Source: Azolla caroliniana (Eukaryota > Plantae > Polypodiophyta). Taken from it: a DNA stretch of 64,000 nt. Position 1 is the stretch's first letter. Each line of letters begins with the position of its first letter. The notes under the pieces were generated by a model that was not told the origin of the DNA, ran no database searches, and saw only the letters and a list, made by a program, of their open reading frames with translations. Both the position numbers and the translations under genes were made by a program. Of the stretch, positions 21,118 through 32,760 are shown in pieces. The DNA lies in contig JBHGNT010000009.1 in NCBI GenBank assembly GCA_043228905.1, positions 14,632,001 to 14,696,000 on the forward strand, written 5' to 3'.

Positions 21118-23995
21118 TTAATACTCTTCCAAAATGGCCCGGATGTTTGGCTCTGCTACGGTGTCCGTGTCCGGAGGTGACGTAGGGCCCGTAGGTGCAT
21201 CGTGGTGTGGCTCCCCTGTTTGGTCGGGCTGGTTTCTCCCGGAGTCGTAGTCGCCGTGTGTGGGTGGTCCGGGTACGGTGGGCTCTTCTTGAGCTAGTGG
21301 GTTGGGTTCCGCCGTTGTCGTGCTTGCAGTCGGCTGTGGCTCTGCCTCCATTGTTACGTCCTCCGTGGTGTTAGCCGTTTTTGTACGTTCCGGGGAGTGG
21401 GGCGGAGATTCCGCCTGGCCCGCACCAATCTTCGTGCGGTCCGATGATAACGTGGGCTCGTGCGGATGAACCTCCTCTTGTGCAGTGGTTTCGCTGTCTG
21501 GTACTGTGGGGGACTCCGCTCGTCGGTCCGCGCTGTTCTCCATCGTTGTCATTTCTGGTGATCGGGTCTGAGGTTCCTCTTCTTCGGCCGTGCCCGGAAT
21601 TGGCGTCACGCTGGATTCCTCGTTTGTGCGTGTGTTGCGGGCTTGTGTGATCCGGTGAAATAGCTCGTCCTGACTTTCACCAAAATCATCTAAGAGCTGC
21701 GCGAGTTCTTCGGAGTGTTGGTCCGCTAGTGCCCGATAGTCTTGTGCTAGGTCCTCTCGTATGACCGCAATGGTCTCCTCATTTAGTTTATAGAAACCTC
21801 GTCCGTCTTTTCGCCGGTTCTCCCAGTCCGCACGATATGCGTGCAATTCCACTGCTTGGGTTGCGCACGCCATCCATCCTTTGTCCAACGCCGTTTTCAA
21901 TTGCGCTGTGAACCTCTCCCGATTTGTTTGGAGAAGGATACGCACGTTAGCTGTGATGGCCTGGCAACGATTGCGTGCGTCCTCCATCGTCTTCTGGAGG
22001 TTTGCGATTTCCTGCTGTTTAACCACCGCCGCTTCTTCGTTCGTGGCCTTCAGGCCTGCCCACAGCTGGGATTCCTTTGCATGTTATTCTTCTAATTTCC
22101 CCATTTCATTGTTTAGGCGGATTTCGAGCTGATGCCTTCTTTCTTGTTCGACCACCAACTTTTCGTCGAACCATACCTTCTTTTTTTCTAATAAGGCCCG
22201 GAGTCCTGCGATTGCCGCGTCCGATTTCTTCGCGTCCTCCCGTAATTGGGCATTGTCGTCTTTTGTCCGGATGTGCTGAGCTACCTCCATAACGAGTTTC
22301 TCTTCAAGGGTTTTTACTGCCTTCCGGCCGTTAGCCCGTATCTCCTTTTCTCTATCTGAGGATTGGCCGTTAGTTCCGCTCGAAGGCGGTCAATTTCTGA
22401 TTCCGCTAGTTGCACGACCCTTTTCGCTTTTGAGGCGATGGCGGTCTGAGCCTCAATTTCTTCCTTTAAAGTGTCGATGGCGTGGTTTGGTGGCGGAGTT
22501 GCGTGTTGCGCCGTAGTTGCGTGAGCTTCCAACTCCGCGATGCGTTCGTTGGCTTTTTGTAGTTCGACTTGGGTCAGTTTCACCTTTTTCCAAACATTGT
22601 TATTTTTTATGGCCATCTCCTTGGCGCCCGTGCTGACCTTTGCCAGTTCCCGATGGACTTCGACTAGGGCCGTATTTAATGGGGGTATCTCCATCCCCAC
22701 TCGGCGTACCCCGGCATTCCTCTATCTGCCGTCCCTGGCTAACCGGTCCTCATCGTCGCTCTCCGTCATTTGTGTTAGGGCACACTCAATCATCTGGCGT
22801 TCCGCATGCTCTTTGGCTATTCGTTGGGCGGCTTTTACCTGTTGTGTTGCCAGGAATTCCATGAGCTGAAAAAAAGTGCCGAACTGTAAGAGGGCGCTGA
22901 ACTCATGGGCCGTATCCGGGATATCCGGATATGCCAAAACCTCGCTTTCCGCCGTCAATACGGCTTTCCCCCGTTGGGAGTGGGTCGTAATGATCGGTCG
23001 TGGCTCCCGGATGATTTCGAAGGTGGTATTGGGTTCCGTAGCTGCGGAGCCATCGCCTTCGGTTGTGTTTCTGTCGCTGTGGGGACGTTTTTGACCAACC
23101 CCCGCCCATCTTTCCTGTCCAATCCACGCCGTTTCGGTTTGGGGCTATCCCGTCGTGTTTCGATGTCTGGCTCCGGGGCTGCTTCCATGGAATGTGCCGG
23201 CTGTTCCTCCTGCGTTGTCTATGCGTCTGGCTGGTCGGTAGGTGGTGTTGTCCTTGGGTCAGGCTGGGCGGGTTGGGGTTCCTCTTCCCACTCTGGGGCT
23301 GATAACTCTGCTAACCTGCGCTTCGCGGATCGGGGCGGGGGCGTGGGCCGGCTGGGCTGCGGTGCCAACAGGCCTCAGGGTGGAAATAGTACCCTAAGGT
23401 ACTGTTGTATGATCGGCCTGAGCTTTTTGCTTGCCTGGTACGCATGCAGGCCTTCCCTTAACCCCGGCTCTGTGATGACCCCCCAATCGACCGCGCGCCC
23501 CTCATAGGTATCGATAATGATGCCCGCCTTCTGCATAGGCATCCCATATGTGTTGACATGTACGCAGCCGACTTCTAGCAGGAATTTGGCAACTTCATGG
23601 AAGAAGGGATCTGGAATCTGCTTAGTTCTATAGGCCTTGGCGGAGGAGGAATATGGCCCGAAATATCGCTGCAACACCTCTACAGGAGGGATTTCGAAAT
23701 ACCTTTCGCCTAGCGATGACAGGTCCAACTTCCTTCGGATGGAGGAGTTGGTGACCGTGTCGATGTTAAGCTTCCTGGCGATGTCCATGGCATCCGGGTG
23801 TGGGGGTGCTTTTGCGACCCGGATGTACCCTTCCAAGCGTTTCTCCACGAGCCATCGGCGTAAGGCAGTAGAGATGAAGATCGTCATCGCCAAAGGAGGT
23901 TCGTGGGAAGGAGAGTGGTGGTTGTTTCCGTTTTGTGCAGAAAATATTCTGTTTCCTTCTTTTTGTGGCTTAGGGTTCATTGGGCAGTGAGCCAT
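21118..23995 (-). pseudogene. Extra ORF (~950 aa when rejoined): N-terminal globular domain, Pro-rich linker, basic NLS-like motif, long coiled coil, acidic disordered tail
   Basis: ORF pieces 23375-23995, 22955-23188, 22722-22958, 22314-22700, 22084-22290 and 21118-22026 are colinear with 48375-50659. Confidence 0.8.
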
Positions 23996-24150
23996 CGTGG
24001 TGCCGCGTGTTCTTGAACTAGGAGTTTGTGCATGTCTTTAGTCGTTTTAATTGTCGCTATCTTCTCCTCTTATTTATTTATTTATTTTATTTTTTCGTAA
24101 CGGTTATCTACAACCTATTTTTACATTATGGTACAAGTGGGGCCACTCAT

Positions 24151-27100
24151 TTACGGTGCGGGTTCTCCGGCTCTGTCCTGTTCGGCGGTGAATGGGTTAG
24201 GTGGCGTAGGGCCCAAGTAAGGTTTGAGCCGAAACTCTTTTACCTTTTGCCGGACTACTTCCTCGGCCAGCGTACCTAGTTGGAACGTGCCTTGTTCCGC
24301 TCCAATTATCCAGTATGGGCCGGTCCAGCAGAATCGTAACTTCCCCGGCATATGGCCCATGCGAGTTTGGAAAACCAGCACTGCTTGATCCACGGTGAAC
24401 TCTTTTTCCCTTGCGTTCCGATGTCGATCCACAAATGCTTTATGCCGTCGCTGTTCCTGCTCCAACACAGCCATGCTGTCGACGTGTTTTTCCCCTAGTT
24501 CGAGGAGTTGGTGGAGCCGTACCTCCTCCGAGTTGGCTTCTGATAGTCGGTTCCGTACCTGAATTCGCAAACTAGGTACCTGAAATTCGACCGGCATCAC
24601 AGCCTCCAGCCCAAACGCTAGTTGAAATGGCATTGACTGTATGCTTGTTTTGTAGCTGGTTCTGTACGTCCATAACGCACTTTGTAGTTTGGTATCCCAA
24701 CCCGTTCTATTTTCATTGACGATTTTCTTCAAAATGGTCTGCAACGTCTTGTTGGTGGATTTTGCTAATCCATTCGCCTGCGGATAATATGGCGTACTCT
24801 TCTTATGGACTACGGTGTAATGATGTGTTAGTTCTCAAACAACCGTATTGAGAAAGTGGCTCCCCTGGTCACTGATAAGCTCAATCGGACAACCGAACCG
24901 GCACCAGATGTGCTCGTAAAGGAATCTAACTGTGACGGCCGCCGTATTTTCACGTAGTGCCTTTGCTTCTACCCATTTGTTGCAATAATCCGTGGCTACC
25001 AATATGTATTTATTGCCTGTACGGGCTGCCGCCGGTGTAAAGGGCCCCACAAAATCCAATCCCCACTTTTGGAAGGGGTCTAGCGGTAATACAGGCTGGT
25101 GTGGCATCCTTGCGCCCTCCGCGGGCTGTCCCATCCGTTGACACAAATCACACTTTCTACAATACGCGGATGCGTCCTTCTGCGTTGTTGGCCACCATAA
25201 GCCCGCCTGCCATACTTTCCGGGCTGTAACGTCGCCCACGTAATGTCCGCTTGCCGTGCCGCAGTGTGCCTCCCGTAAAACTGCTTCCTTCTCATCCTGC
25301 CGTACCCCACATCGCCAAATGCCGTCACTTCCTTTGTGATATAAATTCTCTTCGACGAGGCAGAAGTGACGGCTTTGGACGGCTAGTCATTTCTTCTGAT
25401 CCATGCGTAATTGTGGTGGAGGCAGTCCCGTAGTAAAAAAGTACGTCATTTCCATAAGCCACCGGTCCGGAAAGGTCGATTCCATTCTTTCTGCTAGTGT
25501 CGTTACCCGTAGGATATCGGCGTCCGGAAAATCGTCATCATGTTTTTGTATTGTTTCTCCATTCTCGAGTCTGCTCAAAAAATCCGCCACTGCGTGTTGC
25601 GTCCCTAGTCTGTGTTGGATTACGAAATCGAATTCCTGGAGCAGCAACATCCACCGCGCCAATTTCCCTATCAGGGCTTGTTTCTCCACCAAATACAGTA
25701 GCGCCGAATGATCCACGTGGAACGTGAATTTCCTACCTAATAAATAGTGCCAGAATTTATTGATGCTATAAATCATCCCTAGCGCCTCCCGCTCCGTTGT
25801 GGAGTAGTTACGCTCTGCTGTTGATAATTTGCAGCTAGCGTAGTATACTGGACGGTACCAGCTTGGTTTGGTGAGCTGCATTAGTGCACTTCCTATTGCT
25901 ATGTCCGAGGCGTCGACGAACACGTGGAATGGCTTCGCCCAAACTGGGGGTTGTACGACGGGATTCAAGCTTAAGCGTGTGGTGTGGCAACGTTCCAAGC
26001 ACAGTTGTAAGTGCGAAAAATGGTCTATTGTTCTCCCATATACCGCAAAGTCGTCTAAAAAAACTTGCATGAACGCCAGAATGTATTCCCCAAAGATCTC
26101 CGTAATTGTCCGTTGAAATGTTGCCGGCGCCGTCTTCAGCCCAAACATCATGACAACTGCTACATATACTCCCCAGTCCGTGACAAATGCCGTCTTTTCT
26201 TGGTCCTCGGGATGCATGCGTACCTGGTTATAGCCACTGAAGCCATCTAAAAAACTGTACATGTCATGGCCTGCAATGGAGTCCAGTACGCTATCGGTGA
26301 AGGGTAAGGGAAATGCGTCCGTAATGGTGACGACGTTTAATTTTCGGTAATCTACGCATACCCGTATTTTGCCATTTTTCTTTGGAATGACCACTATCGG
26401 GCTTAACCATGTCGCTTGTTTAACTGGTCGTATGAACTCCGCCTTCAGGAGCTTGTCAATTTCTTCTTTCATGCGGATCGCGTAGTTCGGGTTCATGCGG
26501 TAGCGGCGCTGCTGGACGGGTTTCGCGTCGGTTGCTAAATTGATCTTATGCTGATAGAACTTGGGATCTAACCCCTTCGTGTCCTCGTGAGCCCAAGCGA
26601 ACACATCCTTATATTCTATGAGTAGTGCGATCATCGTTTTTCTCTGGTCCGGCCTTAATTCCTTTGCGATGGAGAGGAAACGAGGCTCCGATTCCGTACC
26701 CATATTTTCTTCTTCGACGGCGGAAGTGGTGACTTGTTGTGAAATCTCCATTTCCCTTTCGAATGCCGCCCGTGCTCTGCTGAGTTCCAATATGGACTCT
26801 GGGTTTGGTTCGTAAGGCTCGTCGTGGAGAATAGTGGTCGTGGCATATTCTGCCACGGTTGCGATGACGTCTATTTCAAACAGCGGAATAATCCGAGGGT
26901 GCTCATCGAGGTATGCCTCTAATTCTGCATCCTCCACCCCAGCCAACATATTTATATCTTCTGCGTATAATGGTGTTATACCCTTCAGTTGTGGCGTGCT
27001 TCCTTCCGTAGGTACGCGAACCTTGGTGCGTCCGTGTCGGAAACTGATACACTTGTGTTGCCAGCTCTGCTTGATATTTGCTGCCCAAAGCCATGGTCTG

Positions 27101-29210
27101 CCCAGAGGCACTGGGTATGCCCCTAGGGTGTCCAAGGTGAGGACGACCGCCGAGATGTCGAATCGGTGTCTGCCCACGATAATGCCCATTTTGCGAATTA
27201 ACCCTAATGGTCGTACTAAGCGGGTATCTGCCATTCAGAGCCAGAATGGGCAAGCCTCCCATTCTGAAATGCCTAACTGCTCGCAAGTTTTACCGCTAAT
27301 TACATTGACGCCTGAGCCATCGTCGATTACGCATCCAGGAATTTCATGTCCGTGTAATATTAATGTAATAGCCGGGTTGTGTTGATCCACTACCGGCGGT
27401 CCATTGCGAACGTCTGTAAGGTTTGTAGCGATAGTTACCTCGGGTATGCTTGTCACCCGTTCTTCCATGGTCTGGCGGAAGCGTGGGACTAGCTGCAGCA
27501 GTTCTCCATGGTTAACATTATCTCACAGCCCGCTAACGCCTGCCAAATGGGGTATGGGACCGGTCTTTCGTCCTCTGCTCGCTCCATTGTGTTCACGGAC
27601 TCCTTCTGCATGCGTTCCGTATTTGTCGTGTTTGCTTTTTCCACCCACGCTTGGGCTTGTCGGCGTACCTTGTCTTGCGCCGCCCAATCAGCCCTTTTTG
27701 TTTGCTAGCGTGTCGTGACTTGCTGCACTTCCGCCATAATCGTATTGACAACGGGCCCCTTTCCTTTGCGTGCTGGGCATTGCGTGGCATAATGTCTGGG
27801 TTGCTGACAAATAAAACAATGGATGCTTGATTCACCCTTCTTGGCTCCTGGTGGTGTGTGCCGCTCCCCTGGTGCTACTTGCTCCTCGCAGTCCGGTCTC
27901 GTTTGTCGGAATGTACGCGGTGGCTGTTATTGGTCCCGTCGTTGTTCCTGGTGCCGTTCAACCCCCGAGCTTTCGTTGTAACGCTGGTGATCTCGATATT
28001 GCCGTGGCTTACCATGATAACCATTGAAGCCGCCCCATTTGTTTGTTGGCCAGTGATTCTCGTAGCGCCGACCCCCTTTGGCGTAACTCAAATGTCCACG
28101 ATAATCCTCGTCCTCTGGTTCGTCCTCCTCGGAATCGTTGTGATTTCGGTGATTTCGGTGGTGCCGGTTCTCCCGTGGGTTGCGATCCTTATATCGTGGT
28201 TGGTCTTCTTGCCTCCTTTGTTCAGTCTGGTGTGGTTGACGTTGTGTGTCCATGCTGCGGACTGCGAGAGTGGCTCTGTTTAACATATTGTATTCGCATT
28301 GGTCGACTATGTGAGCATTCGAGTGGCAGATTGGGCAGTGGATTCGCATATTGCACTCCACTGCGGAATGCCCCGAGTTCAAGCAAATTGTGCACTGGAT
28401 TGCTTGACGAAACTGGCGTTCCTCGTCCTGAGGTAACGCTTGTCGTAAGGAGGACATAGAAAACCTTTCCTCGTCATTCAACTCGAGCTGTAACGCTCGT
28501 TCAATTACCATATCCGCCGTTTCCCCTTTCACGCTATTGTTGTTGAGCGTTGCCTGGATGGGCCGGCGTAAAGCTGCCAGAAATGTTTCCTGAGCCTCTT
28601 CCTCCACGGGGCTCCGCTCTAGTTTCCGCCGTAAATTTTGGAAACGTAAGTTGAAGTCCGCTATCGTCTCGGTCGGTAGTGTCTTAATCGTATAAAACTG
28701 TCCGAGGATTTCGCGTTGTGGAACCCTCCGATGGAAGAATCGCAAGAAAGCGGACTGCAGCTGATCATAGGTTGTTATTGCTGGTAAATCCATCTGTGAA
28801 TGCCAAAACACCACTCACCCATCTAATGTTAACCCGAACTCCGTCATTTTCGATTGGTGTGCTACCGCCTCTGAAAGGCTCTGCACCATGTGGTTCGCAT
28901 TCCAAACATTCAGGAACATGCGAATATGAGTTGCGGCGTCGGTTTCGTCGTTAAAGCGGGGGTAGGCAAAGGCCATGGTGGGGTCTACGGCGGATTGGGA
29001 AAGACCACCGGGTGGCTATGGTGAGCGTAGTCCCCGCGTCTCATCGAGGTATTTGGAGAGCGAAGAATCACCTTTGTACTCACGGCAGGTAGTACTGAGG
29101 TTGCTGAGGCGAGGCTTTTGCCGTGCGCGTTCTTCTGCCTGGCGTGTGATAGACCTTGTTATTGGCCGGTCTTGTCGTGTTGGTTCTCTGGGGCGTCTGC
29201 GGCTAAACAT
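24151..29210 (-). pseudogene. gag-pol of copy 1, disrupted
   Basis: Tandem CCHC knuckles; VIDDGSGVN protease; LDGFSGYNQ/FLDD RT; VDASDIAIG RNase H; KWGLDFVGP/SDQGSHF integrase; GPY. Confidence 0.92.
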
Positions 29211-29246
29211 CCATTCGTTGTTGCTCGTTTTTGAGAAGACACAGCT

Positions 29247-29260
29247 CACCAAGCGTGCCA
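29247..29260 (-). promoter_or_regulatory. PBS, tRNA-Arg-like
   Basis: TGGCACGCTTGGTG 4 nt inside the 5' LTR; copy 2 has TGGCATGCTTGGTG at 56162-56175. Confidence 0.75.
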
Positions 29261-29264
29261 AAAG

Positions 29265-29703
29265 TGTTGCCGATTAGGAACACGGTCCGCGGTTAGTCCT
29301 TCGACTTAGACCTCCAAGTGGTTGTGGAACAACGAATAGGCATCTAAGCGTAATGCATAGGGGGATGTTCCCTGTAACCTATCAGTGTATAAGGGAGACG
29401 GCTACAACCAAATGCTTAGCAAGGGTTACACTTACGTTCTTACACGCTCAGGTCTTCAAGACACACACAGTGGATTAGCCATAGCTGTACACAGAGAATC
29501 AGAGAAGATAGAATTCTATTATGAGATGTTTCTTACATTCCCAAAATTACACGCTCCCTCTATCAGAGGTTTTCTGCGCTTTATATACGCAGGGTCTATT
29601 TAGCCGTTCACGCTTCCTGCGTGAACCGTTACATGCATTATGATCTTATATTATTTCTTATTCCTACACTCTTGTCCGTCGGTTACTATTCCGGCGGACA
29701 ACA
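29265..29703 (-). repeat. 5' LTR, copy 1
   Basis: Direct repeat; TATATAAA on the minus strand near 29580; TSD ACAAA follows. Confidence 0.95.
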
Positions 29704-32307
29704 ACAAATCCATAACATGTCTCCTCTCTACTTTTCATCTCTCCTCTCTCTTACTATTCATCTCTCATCTTTCTTATTTTTTATTTCTCCTCTCTCTTTT
29801 ACACGAGTTTCTATACCTCTTTGCACCCTTCGTTTTCCCTTTTCGTTTGCATGTGCACAATTAACTACCTTTGTGTGCACAGACATTGCACATACACATT
29901 TTGACCCCTTTTTACCGGTTTTTCCCCACACTCGGCATGCCACATAACGACATCGGAAGGAAAACATCTATCCCTAGCAAGGGTAAAATCAAGCTTGTTG
30001 GATGAAGAACCTCGCCGAAAGGACCAAGAGTCCAGAATTGATCCGAAAGCCTTGGTTACGAAAGATGACAATCACGGAGAAGAGGCCGGAATCGGAATCC
30101 CCAGAACCGGGACAAATCGGGGACGAGGTTGAAGTCAAGGGGGAGGCCTACATGCTTCTACTGTGGGAAGCCGGGGCACTTCCAGAAGAATTGCCGACAC
30201 TTCCGGAAGGAGAAAGGAACCGACAATGCCGACTCAAAGAAGGGTCTGGACCAAAGAAGTTCGGATAAGAAAGGAATGTTGGCAATCACGACAAGCGAGG
30301 AAGAACTATTTCTCATCACTAAGGAGGGCGAACTACATCTTGTCAGCGAGGAGAGGACATGGGTGGTCGACTCCGGAGTGTCGTTCCATCTTTCCCCCGA
30401 CCGGAAGAGCTCCACATCCTATAGAGCTCTTCCGGAGAAGTAAACCGGTTGTGTGAGGATGGGGAATGATGGTGCATGCTGGATTGTCGGCATAGGAGAC
30501 GTGTGCTTGATGACATCAACCGGGTACAAGCTGCTATTGAAAGAGGTCTGACACATTCCGGAGGTTTGGTTGAACCTGGTATCAGACGGTAGGCTAGATG
30601 ATGAAGGCTACATGGGTAGCATCAAGAACAGAATCATGAAGTTTAGCAAGGGGAGCTTGATCGTGGCACGAGCCCGGAAGATCAACACCTTGTACCTGAT
30701 GCATGCCCGGATATGCCGAGAAGAAGTTAACTTGATATCTAACACTATCGGTGAGCTTTGGCACAAGAGGTTGTGCCTGATGAGGCAGAAGGGGATGCGG
30801 AGACTTGCCGAGGATAACCTCATTCCGGAGGTGAAAGACGTGCAACTTGAGAAGTGCATTGACTGTTTGGCTGACAAGCAGAACCGAAGCTCTTTCTGAA
30901 CCCGACCATCGACAAGACGGAAAGAACCATTGGAACTTGTGCATACCGATGTATGCCAAGTGGACACGAAGTCACATGTTGGATTGCAGTACTTCATGAC
31001 GTTCATAGATTACCACAACCAGAAGTTTTGGGTCTCACCACTGAAGACAAAGGATCAAGTACTGGCCGTCTTCAGGGAAGTCCACACGAGAGTGAAAAGG
31101 GAAACCGGCTGGAAGCTGAAGGCGGTTCTAGCAGACAACAGAAGTGAATACCAGGGACAGTTCGAGGAGTATTGCCGGTCGAAGGGAATACGGCTTGAAT
31201 TCACCATGCCGAAGATACCGGAGCTGTGATGGAGAGAGTCCGGAGTATGCTCGCACATGCCAAGTTGTCCAAGACGTTTTGGGTTGAGGCGCTGATGACA
31301 ATGACGTATGATAAATAGATCACCCTCAGCGCCCTTGGACGGAAATACACCACAAAGAGTATGGACTGGTCAAGACGTGCATTACCAACACTTGAAGGTG
31401 TTCGACTGTCTCGCCTATGTCAGAACCAAGAATAAAAGATAGAGTGATGGAAGAAGGATAAAAGAGAACATGATGTCGTGGTTTTCCGCGGGTACATGTA
31501 GGATCTTACGCGGGACCACGGGGTTCTTGGACTAGGGAGATGGATGGCGGAGTCCTAGAGCTTTTTGGGCTTCGGTCCGGAATTGGCTTTCGGCTCCAAC
31601 AAATGTAGGGTTTCACAAACAAAAACACGGTTCACCACGAATATGGACCCGACTCAAATATGTTACAAGCAAGGCAGATAAACACCAACATGATATATAT
31701 ATTACAAGAGTTTTACAACAAGACGGTTACATGCCCCGAATCCGGTGGCTATTACACATCCATAGGCCAATACATCAAGATGAGAATGGGGGACCGGTGA
31801 AGGCGAGTCAAGTCGGCTGTCGGGACCGCGCCGTCCATCGTTGGTCACGCCCCGAAGACGATGGAGAGTTCCCGTGCCACTTCGCCCTCCCTTCTCGAAC
31901 CGGCCGCCATGTGAAACGCTCTCCATCGAGGAGAGGAAACCGAACCTCCAAGTGCCGCCACCGGAATGCCGAAAGCTGTTGTTGTAGAAACCCCAAACCA
32001 AACCAAACTCTCACACTAAGAAGAGAGAGTAACACCCGAAACCCTAAACCGCATAAACCCTAACTCGCACAAACTCTCACAAGAAGAAGAACCTAAAAGG
32101 AATACTAACTTCCATGAAAAGAGTGAACCAAACCCATAAGACAAAGAAGAAGAAAACCCTAAATGAAACCCTAAATGAAATAGAGAGGAAGACCAAAGTA
32201 GAAACCCTAAGAGAATAAGAGAAAGATGCAGACCAAGAACTACCAAACCCTAACTCTAACGGTATACCCTCCTAACTCCAAAATGGGCAACCCCTCAACA
32301 AGGGACC

Positions 32308-32749
32308 TGTCAGGAATAGTACTAAAACAGAGATGGAATTAGTACTAAGAAGAGTAGTACTATTAGTACTATTAGTACTAAGAGGACGGGACTGCGTAAG
32401 ATTCCCGAGAGAGAGGAAGTGAGAAGAGGGGAGAGAGAGAGAGAGAAATAGGGTAATGACAGCAGCTCTTATATTATATGAAAGATAAGTACAAATCGAC
32501 TAAGAGGCTTAAGACTGGTGTTGAACCAATTTGGTTCAACATAATGCTTAGTGCCTTCTTTTATAGTGTTCTCAGGAATAATCCTGAAGCTTCTAGAATG
32601 TTCCAGAGAAATCTGGAATATACATTACTTTCTTATAATAAAACATAAATGAAAATAATATTCTATGAATTACAATAGATGGTGAGATGGTTAAGAGCTC
32701 GACCCATATACCATAAGGTCATGGGTTCGAGTCTTGCCATCTCATGACA
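32308..32749 (-). repeat. 3' LTR of the intact chromovirus
   Basis: TGTCAGG..CATGACA; PPT GGGGGAGATAG at 32750-32760. Confidence 0.97.
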
Positions 32750-32760
32750 CTATCTCCCCC

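Larger units (their letters stand above)
20634..29703 (-). mobile_element. Full-length non-chromovirus Ty3/gypsy element (Athila/Tat/Phygy-like) with an extra 3' ORF, copy 1
   Basis: LTRs 20634-21070 and 29265-29703; 5-bp TSD ACAAA; Arg-type PBS; gag-PR-RT-RH-INT order; no chromodomain. Confidence 0.93.
18789..29952 (-). mobile_element. Solo LTR (~2.1 kb net) of the Trp-primed gypsy family, itself interrupted at 20634-29708
   Basis: TGTCACG..ACGACA termini; shares GCGGGACCACGGGG..GGACTAGGG with the LTR at 31474; flanks CTGG/TCGG restore the copia frame GPEGKH. Confidence 0.75.
17779..31417 (+). mobile_element. Tnt1/Tork-like copia element, split by an insertion (18789-29952) and cut at 31417
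   Basis: LTR ~17779-18271; PBS TGGTATTAGAGC 18275-18286; gag MEDPFGGMFKLTGSNY from 18287; resumes at 29953 with CFYCGKPGHFQKNC, WVVDSG, ELVHTDVC. Confidence 0.88.

Noticed and set aside
20634-29703. Reading this element as plus-strand because of the PBS at 21073
   Set aside because: gag-pol, the extra ORF, the LTR TATA box and a second PBS are all on the minus strand
32030-32260. AAACCCTAA telomere-like motifs
   Set aside because: Scattered telo-box-like motifs within an LTR, not a tandem telomeric array
32673-32745. Functional tRNA gene in the chromovirus LTR (also 7309-7377 and 42072-42145)
   Set aside because: A/B boxes are present but no canonical anticodon arm or properly placed acceptor stem; reported as a tRNA-like promoter instead
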